A stretch of DNA of 64,000 nucleotides. Origin: Marsupella aquatica. Taxonomy: Eukaryota > Plantae > Marchantiophyta. This document shows positions 37,061 through 49,167 of the stretch, piece after piece. The notes under the pieces are model-generated. The model was not told the origin of the DNA and made no database searches. It saw only the letters and a program-made list of their open reading frames with translations. Positions within the stretch are counted from its first letter, which is position 1; every line of letters begins with the position of its first letter. Position numbers and translations under genes: made by a program. The DNA is taken from contig OZ316897.1 in NCBI GenBank assembly GCA_973895155.1, positions 19,657,224 through 19,721,223 of the forward strand, in the 5' to 3' direction.

Positions 37061-39920
37061 TGTCGTATAGCAATAAGTCTCAAAAGTGTAATTTCTCACT
37101 TAAAACCGAGATTATGATCCCTTAAAGAACGTATTTTGGTATGAATTGACTAACTTTCATCATTCTGAGTGATATAGAACTCATAGCTCTACACTTTCTT
37201 TACTTCTCAACAAAATAAAGTAAACAAAACATAAAAGTAATTTAACTTCAGATTTACAGACTAGAAAGGAAATGATTCCAGTTTTGGAGACTCTAGTAAA
37301 TTATTGCCACACCTTCAGAAAGGACTTGGTCTCAATATAAGCACGCCTAAAATCTCTCAACTCATCAATCTTTCTACTGAAGATACAAAATTGAACAGAG
37401 ATGAAATTCTGAATCTGATAAACAAAGCAGCTTTCTGGTTGCAAATGTAATGATATGCCTTAAAATGCCATCAACACGGTTTGACATCAGCGTCGCGCAA
37501 TTCAGTCAAACACTAAGTCATATTCCGGAACAAAGCAATGGTACTGAAAGCTCTGAGAATCAAATTTATTTCTCTTCATCAACCACAGTTACTCTTGAAT
37601 TGGCTAGCGAATCTTGACTCTACAAGCAAGCACTAGTACATATTAAGCTGATTTCCGATGCTCAATTTTTGCGAACAATCGGCGTCCGATTCTTTTAGCA
37701 TCGGAAATTCCGATTATCAAAAAATGGCAATATGCCATACTCTCGGCTTTGGATATCTTCATTTCCGATATAATTGACAACGGAACCTTTCCGATGCGTT
37801 AAAAAACGGATCATATCCGTTAGAAAACACATCGGATCCCTCAACAAAAACTTTGATTGATATGTCCGATGTTTTTTGTAACGAAAATGATGTGCATTAC
37901 AATATTGATCGGAAACTTTCCGTAGTTAATAATAACGAATATTATATCCGATTGTGCTAACATGGCAAAGTCCGATGTTAGGAGAATGGGAAAGTCCGAT
38001 GTTGGGAGTATGGGAAAGTCCGATGCTAGAAGAATGGGAAAGTCCGATGCTGGAAGAATGGGAAAGTCCGATGCTGGGAGTATGGGAAAGTCCGATGCTA
38101 GAAGAATGGGAAAGTCCGATGCTGGGAGTATGGGAAAGTCTGGTTATGACAAAAAGAAAATTTTTGATTATGTTAGAATGAAAAGTTTTGATGTGTTAGA
38201 TGGGGTATGTGGTTGCACCGACATACTCTTCCCAAAAGATGCAATCATTCTTGCATGCATGAATAACTTCATACTTGAGGCAAATGGACTTGAGTGTTGT
38301 TTTTGCCTCATTCCAAGACCCAACATATTGTTCCCTTACGGAAATATGTGCTCAACATGCCAAGTCCAAAATACATCATCTAGAAGGAGGTTGCTTGTCC
38401 CATGTAGTCTTTGTTGCAAGTCCAACAACAACATAGTTGATAGAAGATGAGACAATCAGGAGCCATTGACGCTGAGGCTTTGGAAGGACCAAAATATCAT
38501 CCATAACTAATAAGCCATAATTATCCCATATCAAATCTAATGAAGGAGGGCTTTACTATCGATGAATGACCCCTGCCAGATTTCTATTGGTTTCTCCTAG
38601 GGGAATGTAATAGGGTAACTAGAATAGGTCACTTGATGCAAAGATCTAATCTCATGATAGAGAAAAATGGATCAAGAATGGGTCCAAATTATGGGTCTTA
38701 GTAAACTCACAAGTGTATAAAATCCCCAAACACTCTAAGTCAAACAACAAAAGTGCTAAGCTTGCATGTACAATGTAAGGAATAAGAACCACAAAGTTAA
38801 GCTCATGTTGGAGGAATAGCAATTGGGATGGGTAACCAATTAGTTGAGAAAATTTGAAGAGTTCACATGTCAAGGGAGATGGGCACCTAGCTCATAGTTC
38901 CAAATGAAAGTAGAAACCCAATTAAAGGAAGAGATGGGTGACCTGAGCATGTCGCGTCCGCTGAAATGCATATCCCATTTTGATTGCTTCGGACTTTCCC
39001 ATTCTCCTAGCATCGGACTTTCCCATTCTCTCACCATCGGACTTTCCCATTCTCCTAGCATCGGACTTTCCCATTCTCCCACCATCGGACTTTCCCATTC
39101 TCCCACCATCAGACTTTCCGATAGAAGTCCGATTGTCGATATCCGATACTATTAAAATGGCATGTTGCAATGCTAGTAGTCTCGGATATATGGTTTTTCA
39201 AATTTTATTTTACAAAGGCGTCCGATGTGGAGAGAATCGGAAAAAGGAGGTAAAATGTACTAGTGAAGCCTAGCAGTGAATTCAATACGAGTCTCAAAAG
39301 TCTGTAACTGAATTCAATCACCACAGGACCTGAATTTCAATCACAACTTCAAAAAAATGTTGCTTTACTTCCATACAACGCACTCTCAACATGCCTTGTT
39401 ACAATGGAAGGAGGAGGGACTATTCAGAAGGTCCAATTTTGAATAGAGTGTTGTCTCTGACTCTCTCTCTCCCTCTCTCCTCAAATGAGCATCCTACTCT
39501 GTCTTATAAGTGCTAAGGTCCTAAAATGAAGGAAATATGAAAAGCTATACCTGTTGAACTTGAACTAAGTATGAGGAAAGTACAGCATAAGTACTTAGAG
39601 ATCAGAAAATACTACTATATTGGTAATCTATTTCGAAAGTTAAATCTAAGTATCGGAAAACGAGGGACGCTTCTAAAAGCATCGGGTCAGAGTGGACGCT
39701 TCTGAAAGCGTCATGAGTTAAAGTACTTGGGAATAGTCAACGCTGCTGAAAGCGTCGGGAGTGAATCACTGGATAAGAGCGGACGCTTCTAAAAGCGTCG
39801 GTCAAAAAATGGTCGATGAGGGTAGACGTTTCTGTTTAGCGTCCAGAATAGAACAAATGCTTGAAAAATGTCAAAAATAAACTGTCTTCCAAGAGGAATG
39901 GTAGAGATCGTCATTCCACA
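37061..39920 (-). repeat. 3' LTR (1222 bp net), interrupted by a CACTA derivative
   Basis: Matches 58927-60148 once 37631-39268 is removed. Confidence 0.95.
37631..39265. mobile_element. Non-autonomous CACTA deletion derivative (1635 bp)
   Basis: TIRs CACTAGTACAT...ATGTACTAGTG, 3-bp TSD AAG, empty site present in the other LTR; inverted 24-bp arrays (GGGAAAGTCCGATG) at ~37965-38140 and ~38990-39120; transposase remnant 38230-38440 similar to 8885-9085. Confidence 0.95.
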
Positions 39921-39936
39921 TAGCCCTCCACTGAAA
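39921..39936 (-). other. Polypurine-tract-like primer site adjacent to the 3' LTR (TTTCAGTGGAGGGCTA)
   Basis: Abuts the LTR on the minus strand; purine-rich core AGTGGAGGG. Confidence 0.6.
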
Positions 39937-39996
39937 TTTTGCCGTGTCCACACAAGACAACCACACTTTGATTAAAGACCAGTGTTGGATTCTTCA

Positions 39997-40365
39997 TCAA
40001 AAATCTTCTGGCTTGGGAATCCAAGTGATACTTAAGACCATTGATGGAATATGGTTGTCATTGGGGTTCACAACATAAAAATCGAGGTCATAAAATTCTT
40101 CTCCAATTTGTAATGGCACTTGTTTTACTCTTCCCCAAAGTGAAATTAATCGTCCATCGATTGAGATTTGAGCACATATGGGCTGAACGTGTTGGCGAAC
40201 TAATTGATGAAACAGTCTGTGGGACAGTAAATTTATTCCAGAGCCTGGGTCAATAACAAAGTGCTGAATAGTGTGTTCTTCCAATTTAATCTCCCCTTCA
40301 AGAGAATACTGAAATGCGCGGGAGAGAGAATCACAGCAATCCATAGTAGCTTTTATGGTCCACAT
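39997..40365 (-). pseudogene. Second retropepsin-like aspartic protease domain in the 3' accessory region
   Basis: FVIDPGSGINLLS (D-x-G active site), GRVKQVPLQIG..YDLDFYVV..SMVLSITW (degenerate ILG.xW); parallels the pol protease at 46290-46560. Confidence 0.7.
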
Positions 40366-40474
40366 GATGACTCAAACAGAATAAGTGTTGCTCAGTGCTT
40401 CAATCAGGTCCATTCATACTCCAAGGAATAAACGCCCCTTCAAATCTTATATACATGAAGATGTTACAAATCTG

Positions 40475-42954
40475 CTATCTACTCAGCAACCCTTGAGTGA
40501 CAACGTCCGGCCATGAAGGAGGAGTAGGTAACCTTACTAATCTCCTAAGTGACTTATACCCTTGAGCAGAAGAGTTCATAGCCTTATTCCGTATCAACTG
40601 TTCTCGTAACTTAACAAGCTTTTTCTCATACTTATGCGGAACAGCATACCCTTCATGGCAGACCCAAACAGAGTATTGGTATGGCCAAGGAAACTCTGGA
40701 GTTATTGGCGGAAAAGGAGCTTCAGCACATCGGAGGACATATACCCAACACCAAATTTCATATTCCGAAAATTTATATCTTCTATCCTTATCAATGGGAG
40801 GAACAGCCTTACCCGGCTTATAAGTGGGAATCAACATTCGAATACTCGGTAGATACGTACCAGGTAAAATCTGTTGTTGTTGATGTATACTCTCCATTTC
40901 CAGATGTCAGAAAGCTATCCAAAAATCGTTCTTCTCCCACTTATGAATTGAAGCAAGGTTAGGTATAGGAATTAGGGATGGTAGTACCGCTGTGTGCCAA
41001 AGTTTGGGAGGTACTCTGATAATACAAGGATCTTTGTCTTCCTCTCCATCGCTTGGAGCTCCTTTCCAACAAAAAATAATGTCTGGGTTCGAAGAAGGTA
41101 TCACCGACTCCTTAGTAGGCCAATGTGATAGTACAACAGGAGACGAAGATGCAGGAGGTGGAGAAGAATTCCCCATTGTCGTGTTGATGGGCTTCAGCTG
41201 CTCAAAATCTGGTGAATTCGCTTCATGAAAGATCTGTTGATTTCTTACATGACGCAACCTTTTCCGAGGTCTTCGAGTATATGTCACTTGAAATTGCTCC
41301 GTAATAACTGAACTCTCATCTCCAAGTGATATCCGAGTACCCTTATCTCTGCTTGAATCCAGTAAGATAGAAGGTGATGCAGAGCTAAATGCCAAATCAG
41401 GTGTTCCAGACAGAGGTATGGGTGGAGATACACTCTTGGTCTCAGGTAGCCCTAAATTGCTTGAAGGTCCGAGAGATGGAGTGGTTTGTAGACTGTGTTG
41501 AGACTCACGTAATCTCTCTTCTGGAAGGTAAGCTGGAGAAACCCTATCAACAGATGGGTGTGGAGGAGGCCCTTTTCTCGCCAATGCTTCTACTAACTCC
41601 TCAGACATAATCAGAGCAACTGTTATCCTGGTTTTGGGGGTCGGCCACATAGGAAATGGCATGACAAAATTAGGTGGAGTCGGTTGTCCAGCTACTCCTT
41701 CTACATCTACTATTTCGTCCTCTGAATCAGCCTTAAACAACTTTACGAGCTCCGTGCATAATACCGCCGGAGGTTCCACTGATTGTTGTACAAGAGGAAC
41801 CACATCTAGGTTTGGGGAGGGACTACGAGAATCTTCCGAATTATACTCCTATAAAGCTTTTAAAGCATTATTACTCACTTCCATGGGTGGTGAAGCAGGG
41901 TTCTGTGAAGTTTTATCATACCCATCCGCTGCAGTAGTATATTGTTGAGGAGGTTCTCCTGATAAGCTTTCTTCATCCACATCCATCCTGTCTTCGTCAT
42001 TCGCTCTGAAAGGAAAATTGTCCTGACCAAGATCTTGATCCTCTGATGGGTGGGAAAGAATTGGCTCGTCACTCCCGCCAACTGGTTCTCTTGTCTCTTT
42101 CAGTCTCCGAACTTCATTTACCAGCTCAGATTCTTCGCAAGTGAGTAGTTCGCATAACGCCACCAGTGTTGAACTGGATCGGACTTCTCGTACTTCCGGC
42201 AACTCATTTGCTTCACAGGTAGATGCGCTCCAATGGGTACGATAGAAGACTTTCTCTGAAAGGAGCAGACATTTATGCTTGTGATAAATGTGAGCTAGAT
42301 AGGGAGTCAAGTTGGTAAATCTCAACTTTCCAGCTTGCAACCTGCTACGAAAGTTCTTTACCTGGGTATGAATTACCCTATATAAGATCTTCGTCCAATT
42401 GATGGTCTGCTTCTGTTCTAATGAAGAGATAACGGTGGCAGCTCAAAAGAAAGAGTAATACGCGTCTGACTCTCTGGATAGAAAATTGGTGACAGAAATT
42501 GAAAAAGATGCTGCAAAGAGGTAACTAAACAGTCCGCGGTTACCCAACCATTTTGCCTCTTAAAGGATTCAGGAGCAAAGAAAGACTCTATATAAGCTCG
42601 GGGCTCTCCATCAATCCTCTGCAAATCCTCACCCGTTTTCGGCGTCGAGTAGACTCCTGCTATGAGCGCTTCAGTCCAAACACTTGGACGCGAGCGGACA
42701 CCGATTCCTTCCTCAGCGTCCCACACACCTTGGTTGATGAGGCTGAACTCGCACATCCTCCAAGGGAAACGAAGTAATTTCTTCAAGCCCATCAACGCAA
42801 AATTCATCCTCAATTGTCGGCGGTCCACCATATTTGACGGGATAATTGCGAGTATTGGTCGCGTCGTAAGTTCGGACTCCACCATCGCGTCAATCGTAAA
42901 GGACGCTTCTCTTGCCGTTCCTAGAAGTGGACGCTTCTCATAGCGTCCCGTCAA
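40475..42954 (-). pseudogene. Accessory 3' ORF region of the gypsy element (mobile-domain-like N-terminus, Ser/Pro/acidic-rich middle)
   Basis: Co-oriented ORFs 42418-42954, 41849-42340, 40907-41803, 40475-40897; MGLKKLLRFPW..WTEALIAGVYSTP..NGWVTADC..FQFLSPIFYP resembles the proteins of the TG...CA units. Confidence 0.65.
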
Positions 42955-43129
42955 GACTAAGTTTTAGGGTGGACGCTTCTCTCAGCGTCCAGTGCAAAAA
43001 CTAAAATTCCGAACACTTGTGAAGGGGGAGGGAATGCTGATTCTAATAAAGTACAAACTACCTACCACCCTCCACTGAAACTATGACCTGTCCCAGGTGA
43101 AACACTAAATAGGAGACTCATGATATCGC

Positions 43130-44400
43130 TTAACCCGGAATCCATTGATTCAGGTGTCAAGTGGGTGACCGTCTAAGGTAGTCAAGGAAACCGAACCGTT
43201 AGCCCAGATTTGGGTAACTTGATAAGGACCAATCCAATGGGTATGGAGTTTCCCAGGAAATAACATATAATGGGAATCAAAGACTAATGCTAAATTGCCA
43301 ACATCTAAATTCATGACTCGTAGCTTTTGATCATAAACAAGCTTACGCTTGTTCTGAATTGTAGTTGTATGGTCTAACGCTAAAAGTCTAACTTCTTCTA
43401 ATTTGACAATATCAGAAAAACTATGTGGGAGACTAGCCGCTGGAGAGAGACGGTGGGATACCAAGAGTCGTTCTGTCGGGAAGGAGAATTCAATAGGAAT
43501 AATACTGTCCAGGCCATAAGTCAAGTAGAAGGGAGTGTGAAGGTTTGTAATTTTCTCGGCAGTACGGTAAGCCCATAATGCAGAATGTAACTTCACATCC
43601 CAGTCTGTCTTGTGAGACTCCACTATCTTATTCAGGATCTTGCCCATAATGCCATTAGCTCTTTCCATTAAGCCATTAGCTCTGGGGTTGTAAGGAGTAG
43701 TTTTGCGATGCTTGATAAGAAATGTGTTAGTAATTAACTCCTATCGCTTACCAACTCCAAAGGACACCCGAACCGAGTAATAATGTGCTCAAAGAGAAAT
43801 ACAGTCGTTGTTGTAGCATCATTCTTGCGAGTGGCTTTAGCCTCCACCCATTTGGTGGCATAATCAGTGGCCAGAATAATGTATTTACTTCAGCTTGTCT
43901 GAGCTGCTAGTGAAATTGGGCCAATAAAATCAATACCCCATTTCTCAAATGGTGTCAAAGGCAGGATGGGCGTAAGAGGCCATTTGGAACTAGCAGTGGG
44001 TTTGCCTAGTCTTTGACAGGGGTCACACGTCTTTAATAAAGTTGTAAGTATCTCTATGCATGGTAGGCCACCAATACCCAGCATCCAAAATTTTCTTTAC
44101 AGTAGTATTGACAGCATAATGGCCACCTGTTTCTCCAGAATGTAAAGCTTCAATTACTTGTGGGAGTTCCTTGATCTCCAGAAATCGTCGCATCTTCTGA
44201 TCAGGACCTTGTTTAAACAAAGTGCCCTGAAGGATAGTATAAGATCCCACCTTATGTGCAAAAACAGCTCGTTCTTCCGCATTAAGGCCTTCAAGAAAAC
44301 TACCATGAATCAACATGTGCACAATATCGAAATACCGTGAAGACTCTCTTTCAATGTGCCACAAATGCTCATCTGGGAATTCATCAGAAAGATTATGCTG
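43130..44400 (-). pseudogene. Integrase (HHCC, DDE core, GPY/F), no chromodomain
   Basis: HSGETGGHY..CDPCQR, PFEKWGIDFIGP, ERANG, DWDVKLHSALWAYRT, WIGPYQV. Confidence 0.92.
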
Positions 44401-45783
44401 ATTCTCTGGCCCGGGTAAGCGAGATAAGAAATCAGCATTTTCATGATGTTTGCCAAGTCGTACCTGAACTTCATAATCGAATTCCTAGAGTAATAAAACC
44501 CACCGTGCTACACGTCTTGAGAGGTCAACTTGGTTAACCAAATACTTTCAAGAATTATGATCGGTGTGAAAAATAACTTGATACCCCAGTAAATAGTGCC
44601 GAAACTTCTTGCAAGCAAACACAATAGCAAGAGCTTCACGTTCAGTGATTGAGTAATTTTTCTCTACTACACTCATTTGTTGACTGGCATAATAAATTGG
44701 GTGATCCCGATTCTCAGGATCTTTTTGACTAAGATTAGCACCAATACAGAAGGCAGAAGAATCAATGAAGACATGAAACTTCTTAGTCCAATCCGGGGGT
44801 GACAGAATAGGTGCAGAGATTAATCGATCTTTGAGCAACTGGAATGCCTGCTGCCGATCCTCATTCCACGCATATTCCACATCATTTTTTAACAAGCCGG
44901 TTAAGGGAAAAGCAATATCAGCATGCTTATAAATAAATCGACGATAGTATCCCACATGCCCCAGGAAAGCACGAAGTTGCTTCAAATCAGTTGGTGGTTG
45001 TAACTCCACAATCACCCTAACTTTATCCTTATCAACTTCTATGTCGCGTTGCAAAATAACATGGCCTAGCAAGATTCCCTCTTTCATGCCAATAAAACAC
45101 TCTTCTGGGTGTAGACAAAGTTGGGCCTCTCTGCACTTCCGAAATGTCTTTTCTAAATGCACCATGTGTTCAGCAGCCGATCCATAAACACATAAGTCAT
45201 CAATAAAAATCTCCATGAAATGCCGCAACTACTCCTGAAAAATAATCATCATAATGCGCTGGAAGGTACCCGGGGCATTACACAGACCAAAAGGCATCAT
45301 GGTAAATGCATACGTGCCCCAATCAGTGGTGAACGTAGTCTTGTCACGGTCCTCCTTTCGTATGGACACCTGGTTATAACCAGAGTACCCATCTAAGAAA
45401 CTGTACAGCTCATGAAGAGCCACCAAATCAACTACCAAATCAAAAAATGGCAAAGGATAATGATCTTTCCGAGTGGCAGCGTTCAGTTTCCGAAAGTCTT
45501 GACAAACTCAAATTTTTGTTTTACCATCTGGCCTTGGCTTCTTGGGAACAATGACTATGGGTGAGACCCATTCACTACTCAGGACCGGATAGATAAATCC
45601 AGCAGAGGTGAGCTTGTCTAGCTCTTCTTTGACTAGAATGGAATACTTGGGGTTCAAATGGTACTGCCTCTGACGGACAGGTACTGCTCCTTCCATGAGA
45701 TCAATGCGGTGTTCTCCCAAATGTGGATGGATACCTTTTAAGTCGGAGTGACTCCAAGTGAAGACATCTTTATACTGGGTCAA
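44400..45783 (-). pseudogene. Reverse transcriptase and RNase H
   Basis: SEWVSPIVIVPKK, FLDGYSGYNQV, MPFGLCNAPGTFQR, FIDD, FLGHVGYYRRFI, FIDSS, NYSITEREALA, TDH. Confidence 0.95.
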
Positions 45784-46043
45784 TAAACTGATATACTGTT
45801 CCCGCAGCTTCCCTTAGATGTGTTTACCAATATTCAAAAACTTGCCTGGCTCAATTTTGACATTCTGACACGCCTTAGAATCCACAATTCCATCTGTGAG
45901 ATTTGCCGGCTGAAGCTCAAGTTCGGAGATGTCCGGTTCAAATGGCCCAGGGGTGGACGTCATTCCTATACCATGGCTAGGGCCTTCAGTAACATTCATA
46001 ACAGGAGGGCTGGCTACTGCTGAACAAGATTCCGATGTGGAAG

Positions 46044-48159
46044 TTAATTGTCAGGAAGGCCTGGTCGCGGTAATAGGGGTGTCTGACAAATAAACCTCCA
46101 AGTAACGAACTTCCTCCAATTCATTTCTAGTGGCTGCAAGACAAGCGAAGAGGTCAAAAAATCCAAAGTGTACCCATCATCAGTTTGTGTTTCTCCAAAA
46201 TGTGGTTCCGGAATCCAACTAACAGTCACCTTAGGCTTCCCAAATGACAGTTCTTGGGATTGCCAATTGACTTGCACTTGAGCTTTGTATAACCAAGGCC
46301 GGCCCAACAGAACAGGAAAGCTGGAAGGTATTTCCGGATTAATGACCACATAGTCCAAAAGAAAAGGAACACCAGCAATCAAAGTTTCCACTTGGCTCAA
46401 TTTCCCAACCGGAACAACACGAGACTGATCTGCCATGCGCAAAATTTTCGGTGTGGGCTCAAACTTGGTGAACCCCAGATTAAACGCCACGGGCTGAGTA
46501 ATCAGATTAACACTGGCTCCCCCATCCACAGGAACTCTTCTGATGACACACCCCTGAATTTGGACCTCAATTTCCATGGGTCCTTTGTCCTCACCTTCCG
46601 TTCGTAGTACATCTACAGAAGGTAATTTCTTCTTCCTCCATTTTCCTGCTAGTAGTCCTCTCAGTTGCCGTCGATAAACTGGATTATCCTGTAATAGTTC
46701 CCCAATGGTGATACGAGCAGGATGATTCTTGACATCTTCCACAACATTATAACCTTGATTTTTCAGTGGTGCCTTAGTTTCTACTACCAATGGCGGATTT
46801 GGGGGCCTCTCTTGCTCCTTGACTAGCTCCTCCAAGTGGTCTTTCACCTCCGAAGAGATATCTGGTAAGAAGTACTTTGGATCATATCTATCATATGCAG
46901 GGTCGTCTTCTTTTGGCAGTACTTCCTCACATGGCAAGCGCTTATTATTCTTGGAAGCTTTCGAGGCCTTTTGATGCTCATGCTTCTTGGATTCCTTTTT
47001 CTTCGAACGAGTAGTTGCAAAGATATTAGTCAGAACTCTATCCCTGTTCTGGACTCGGTCGTTTGGTATACCAACTACTTCAGGTTTCACCAAGTGACTC
47101 ACCAGAACATCCGGCACTACCCCTGATACGGGCTGGTGAAACAGGGAGTCTGGCTTTAATTCCACCTGATTTATATCCATATGTTGAATAAAGTTACACT
47201 GCTCCACCTCTTTAGAATAAACCATTCGGACTTTAGCTTCAGGCCGACTTGCTTCTTTAACTGGTTCTTGAGCAAATCGAACCATCAGTCTAGGTTTAGC
47301 CGGATTTGGGCATTCCACAGGTAGGTGCCCTTCCTTCACACAGTTTCCACAAACAGGGGTATAACCCACTTCTTGCTTAGGATAAGGACACTGTGGAGAA
47401 TAATGGTCGCGTTGCCCACAATTCCAGCAAGCCCCTTTTTGACGCGCCACTCCCTAGGTAGGTGGATATCCTCCCGGTGGTCCCATTGGTGGTCTTGGTA
47501 CTGGTCTATTGAAGGCGGTCTTAGGCGGTCCCCAATTCGCCATGGGAGGTGGAGCTGGCGGAAAGTACTGTCCGGTGGGTGTTGTTTGGACAGTATATGC
47601 GGGGTCATACTCATACTCCTCAACCTCCTCCTGACCATCTACGTAATTCACAGGAAATCGCAATGTGGGACACTCATTCGGGTAATGGCCCTGCTGGCTG
47701 CATCGGGTACACCATACATTCATTCTCATGGGAGATGGCAGCCTCCGTACAGGTTTCACGGCTGCGATATTGACATTTAATTTGGACAATTGGCCAGAGA
47801 GTTCTTCCATCATGCGATCCATCTTCTTCTGGTTTGGGCTTTTGCCCTTCACCTTGGTGGGGGCCTTCCTCTTTTTAGGGGCAGTGGGTTCTGAATCGGA
47901 ACTTGAGCTCGAACTATCACTGGTACTCGAGTTCATACTCTCATCATCCTCACTAATGCTGCTTTCACTCGATTCTTCCTCTGAGTCAGATTTAGACCTT
48001 GCCCGTTTCTTCTTCTTCCGTTTGTCTTTCTTCAGATCCTTCTTAACTCGCTTTCTCTCAGAAATTTCCGAGTCCACATACTTCTGGGCTGCCTCTTGTA
48101 CCTCTTCCAGAGTTGTGCCGCCTTCTCTTCTCACATAACGGGCAATCCAGGAAGGTAAA
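46044..48159 (-). pseudogene. Gag C-terminus (three CCHC knuckles) and aspartic protease
   Basis: CTRCSQQGHYPNEC, CWNCGQRDHYSPQC, CGNCVKEGHLPVEC; VPVDGGASVN, VLLGRPWL. Confidence 0.9.
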
Positions 48160-49167
48160 TGTGGTGCGTCCCACGGCTCCCTAAACCCAAGAAACCCCCC
48201 AGCTCAAGCCGATTCCCGCAGGTTTCGCGCTTGGCGAGGCCGTTTCCGCGGCTTAGCGGCATGGGACGCTGCTAACCTTCTACTACTACTATTAACATTT
48301 TACACACATATACTGGACAGATCCTTCATCGGGTCATGAGATACGTAGCCGGCCTAATCTAGGCCTTCCCCTGTCTTCCCCTCCGTCTTGTTAGGTATGT
48401 TTGGATTCCGCCACCGGAATGATCCCCAATAGGCTTGGTTAAGCCGCTAAGACCTCTCTCAGCTCGACACATCCAACTCTCACTCCCCTGCTTACTTTCC
48501 TTCCTTCTGGTTGATGTGGGCACTCTTCACACAAGTTAATGCGACACACAAATAGCAAAATGACTCATTCTGACTGAGTCATACCATGCACTTGCCATAC
48601 AAACAGTACATCTCATACACAAGTTCTGCGAACTAAGCCGTGAGGCCAACTCTATTCAGCTCTTAGGCATGAGGAAACATGAATATACACAAGGGTCATT
48701 GTATGACTAACCGAGAGCTTCTCGTACTACTTGATCCCAGCCCGGCTGGTGCAAACTAAAAACTTGCTAAAGAAGAGGCCCTGAGCTCCCCGCTGCCCAG
48801 GTACTTATCCTGGTAGTGGATCCGCCATTCTTTGCATCGTAAGCCTAATCTACTTAACAGTAATCTACTTGCCCGAATCTACCTATGTACAGCAAGGCAG
48901 GAGCACAAGTGTTGCTCCTACCAGTGGAACCGCAATCCCACTAAGCTAAGTGTCAGGGCCGCTCCTGGTCCTGATCCTAATCCTAAACTTGGAGATCAGC
49001 GCCCGCCCTGCCCACTCACGCCTCCTCCCTCCACGTCCGCCCTCCCTAAAAGGAACGGCGCCCTTGCACCGTCACGACACCGGTGGTGGATCCTTAATGG
49101 ACGCCCCCAACGCTTCCTCCTCAGCCACTGCCGTAGGTTCATTCTCTGACAGATTACCTGCCCTTGA

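Noticed and set aside
37954-39273. ORFs with WESPM / MGKSD repeats
   Set aside because: Translations of the 24-bp CACTA subterminal arrays.
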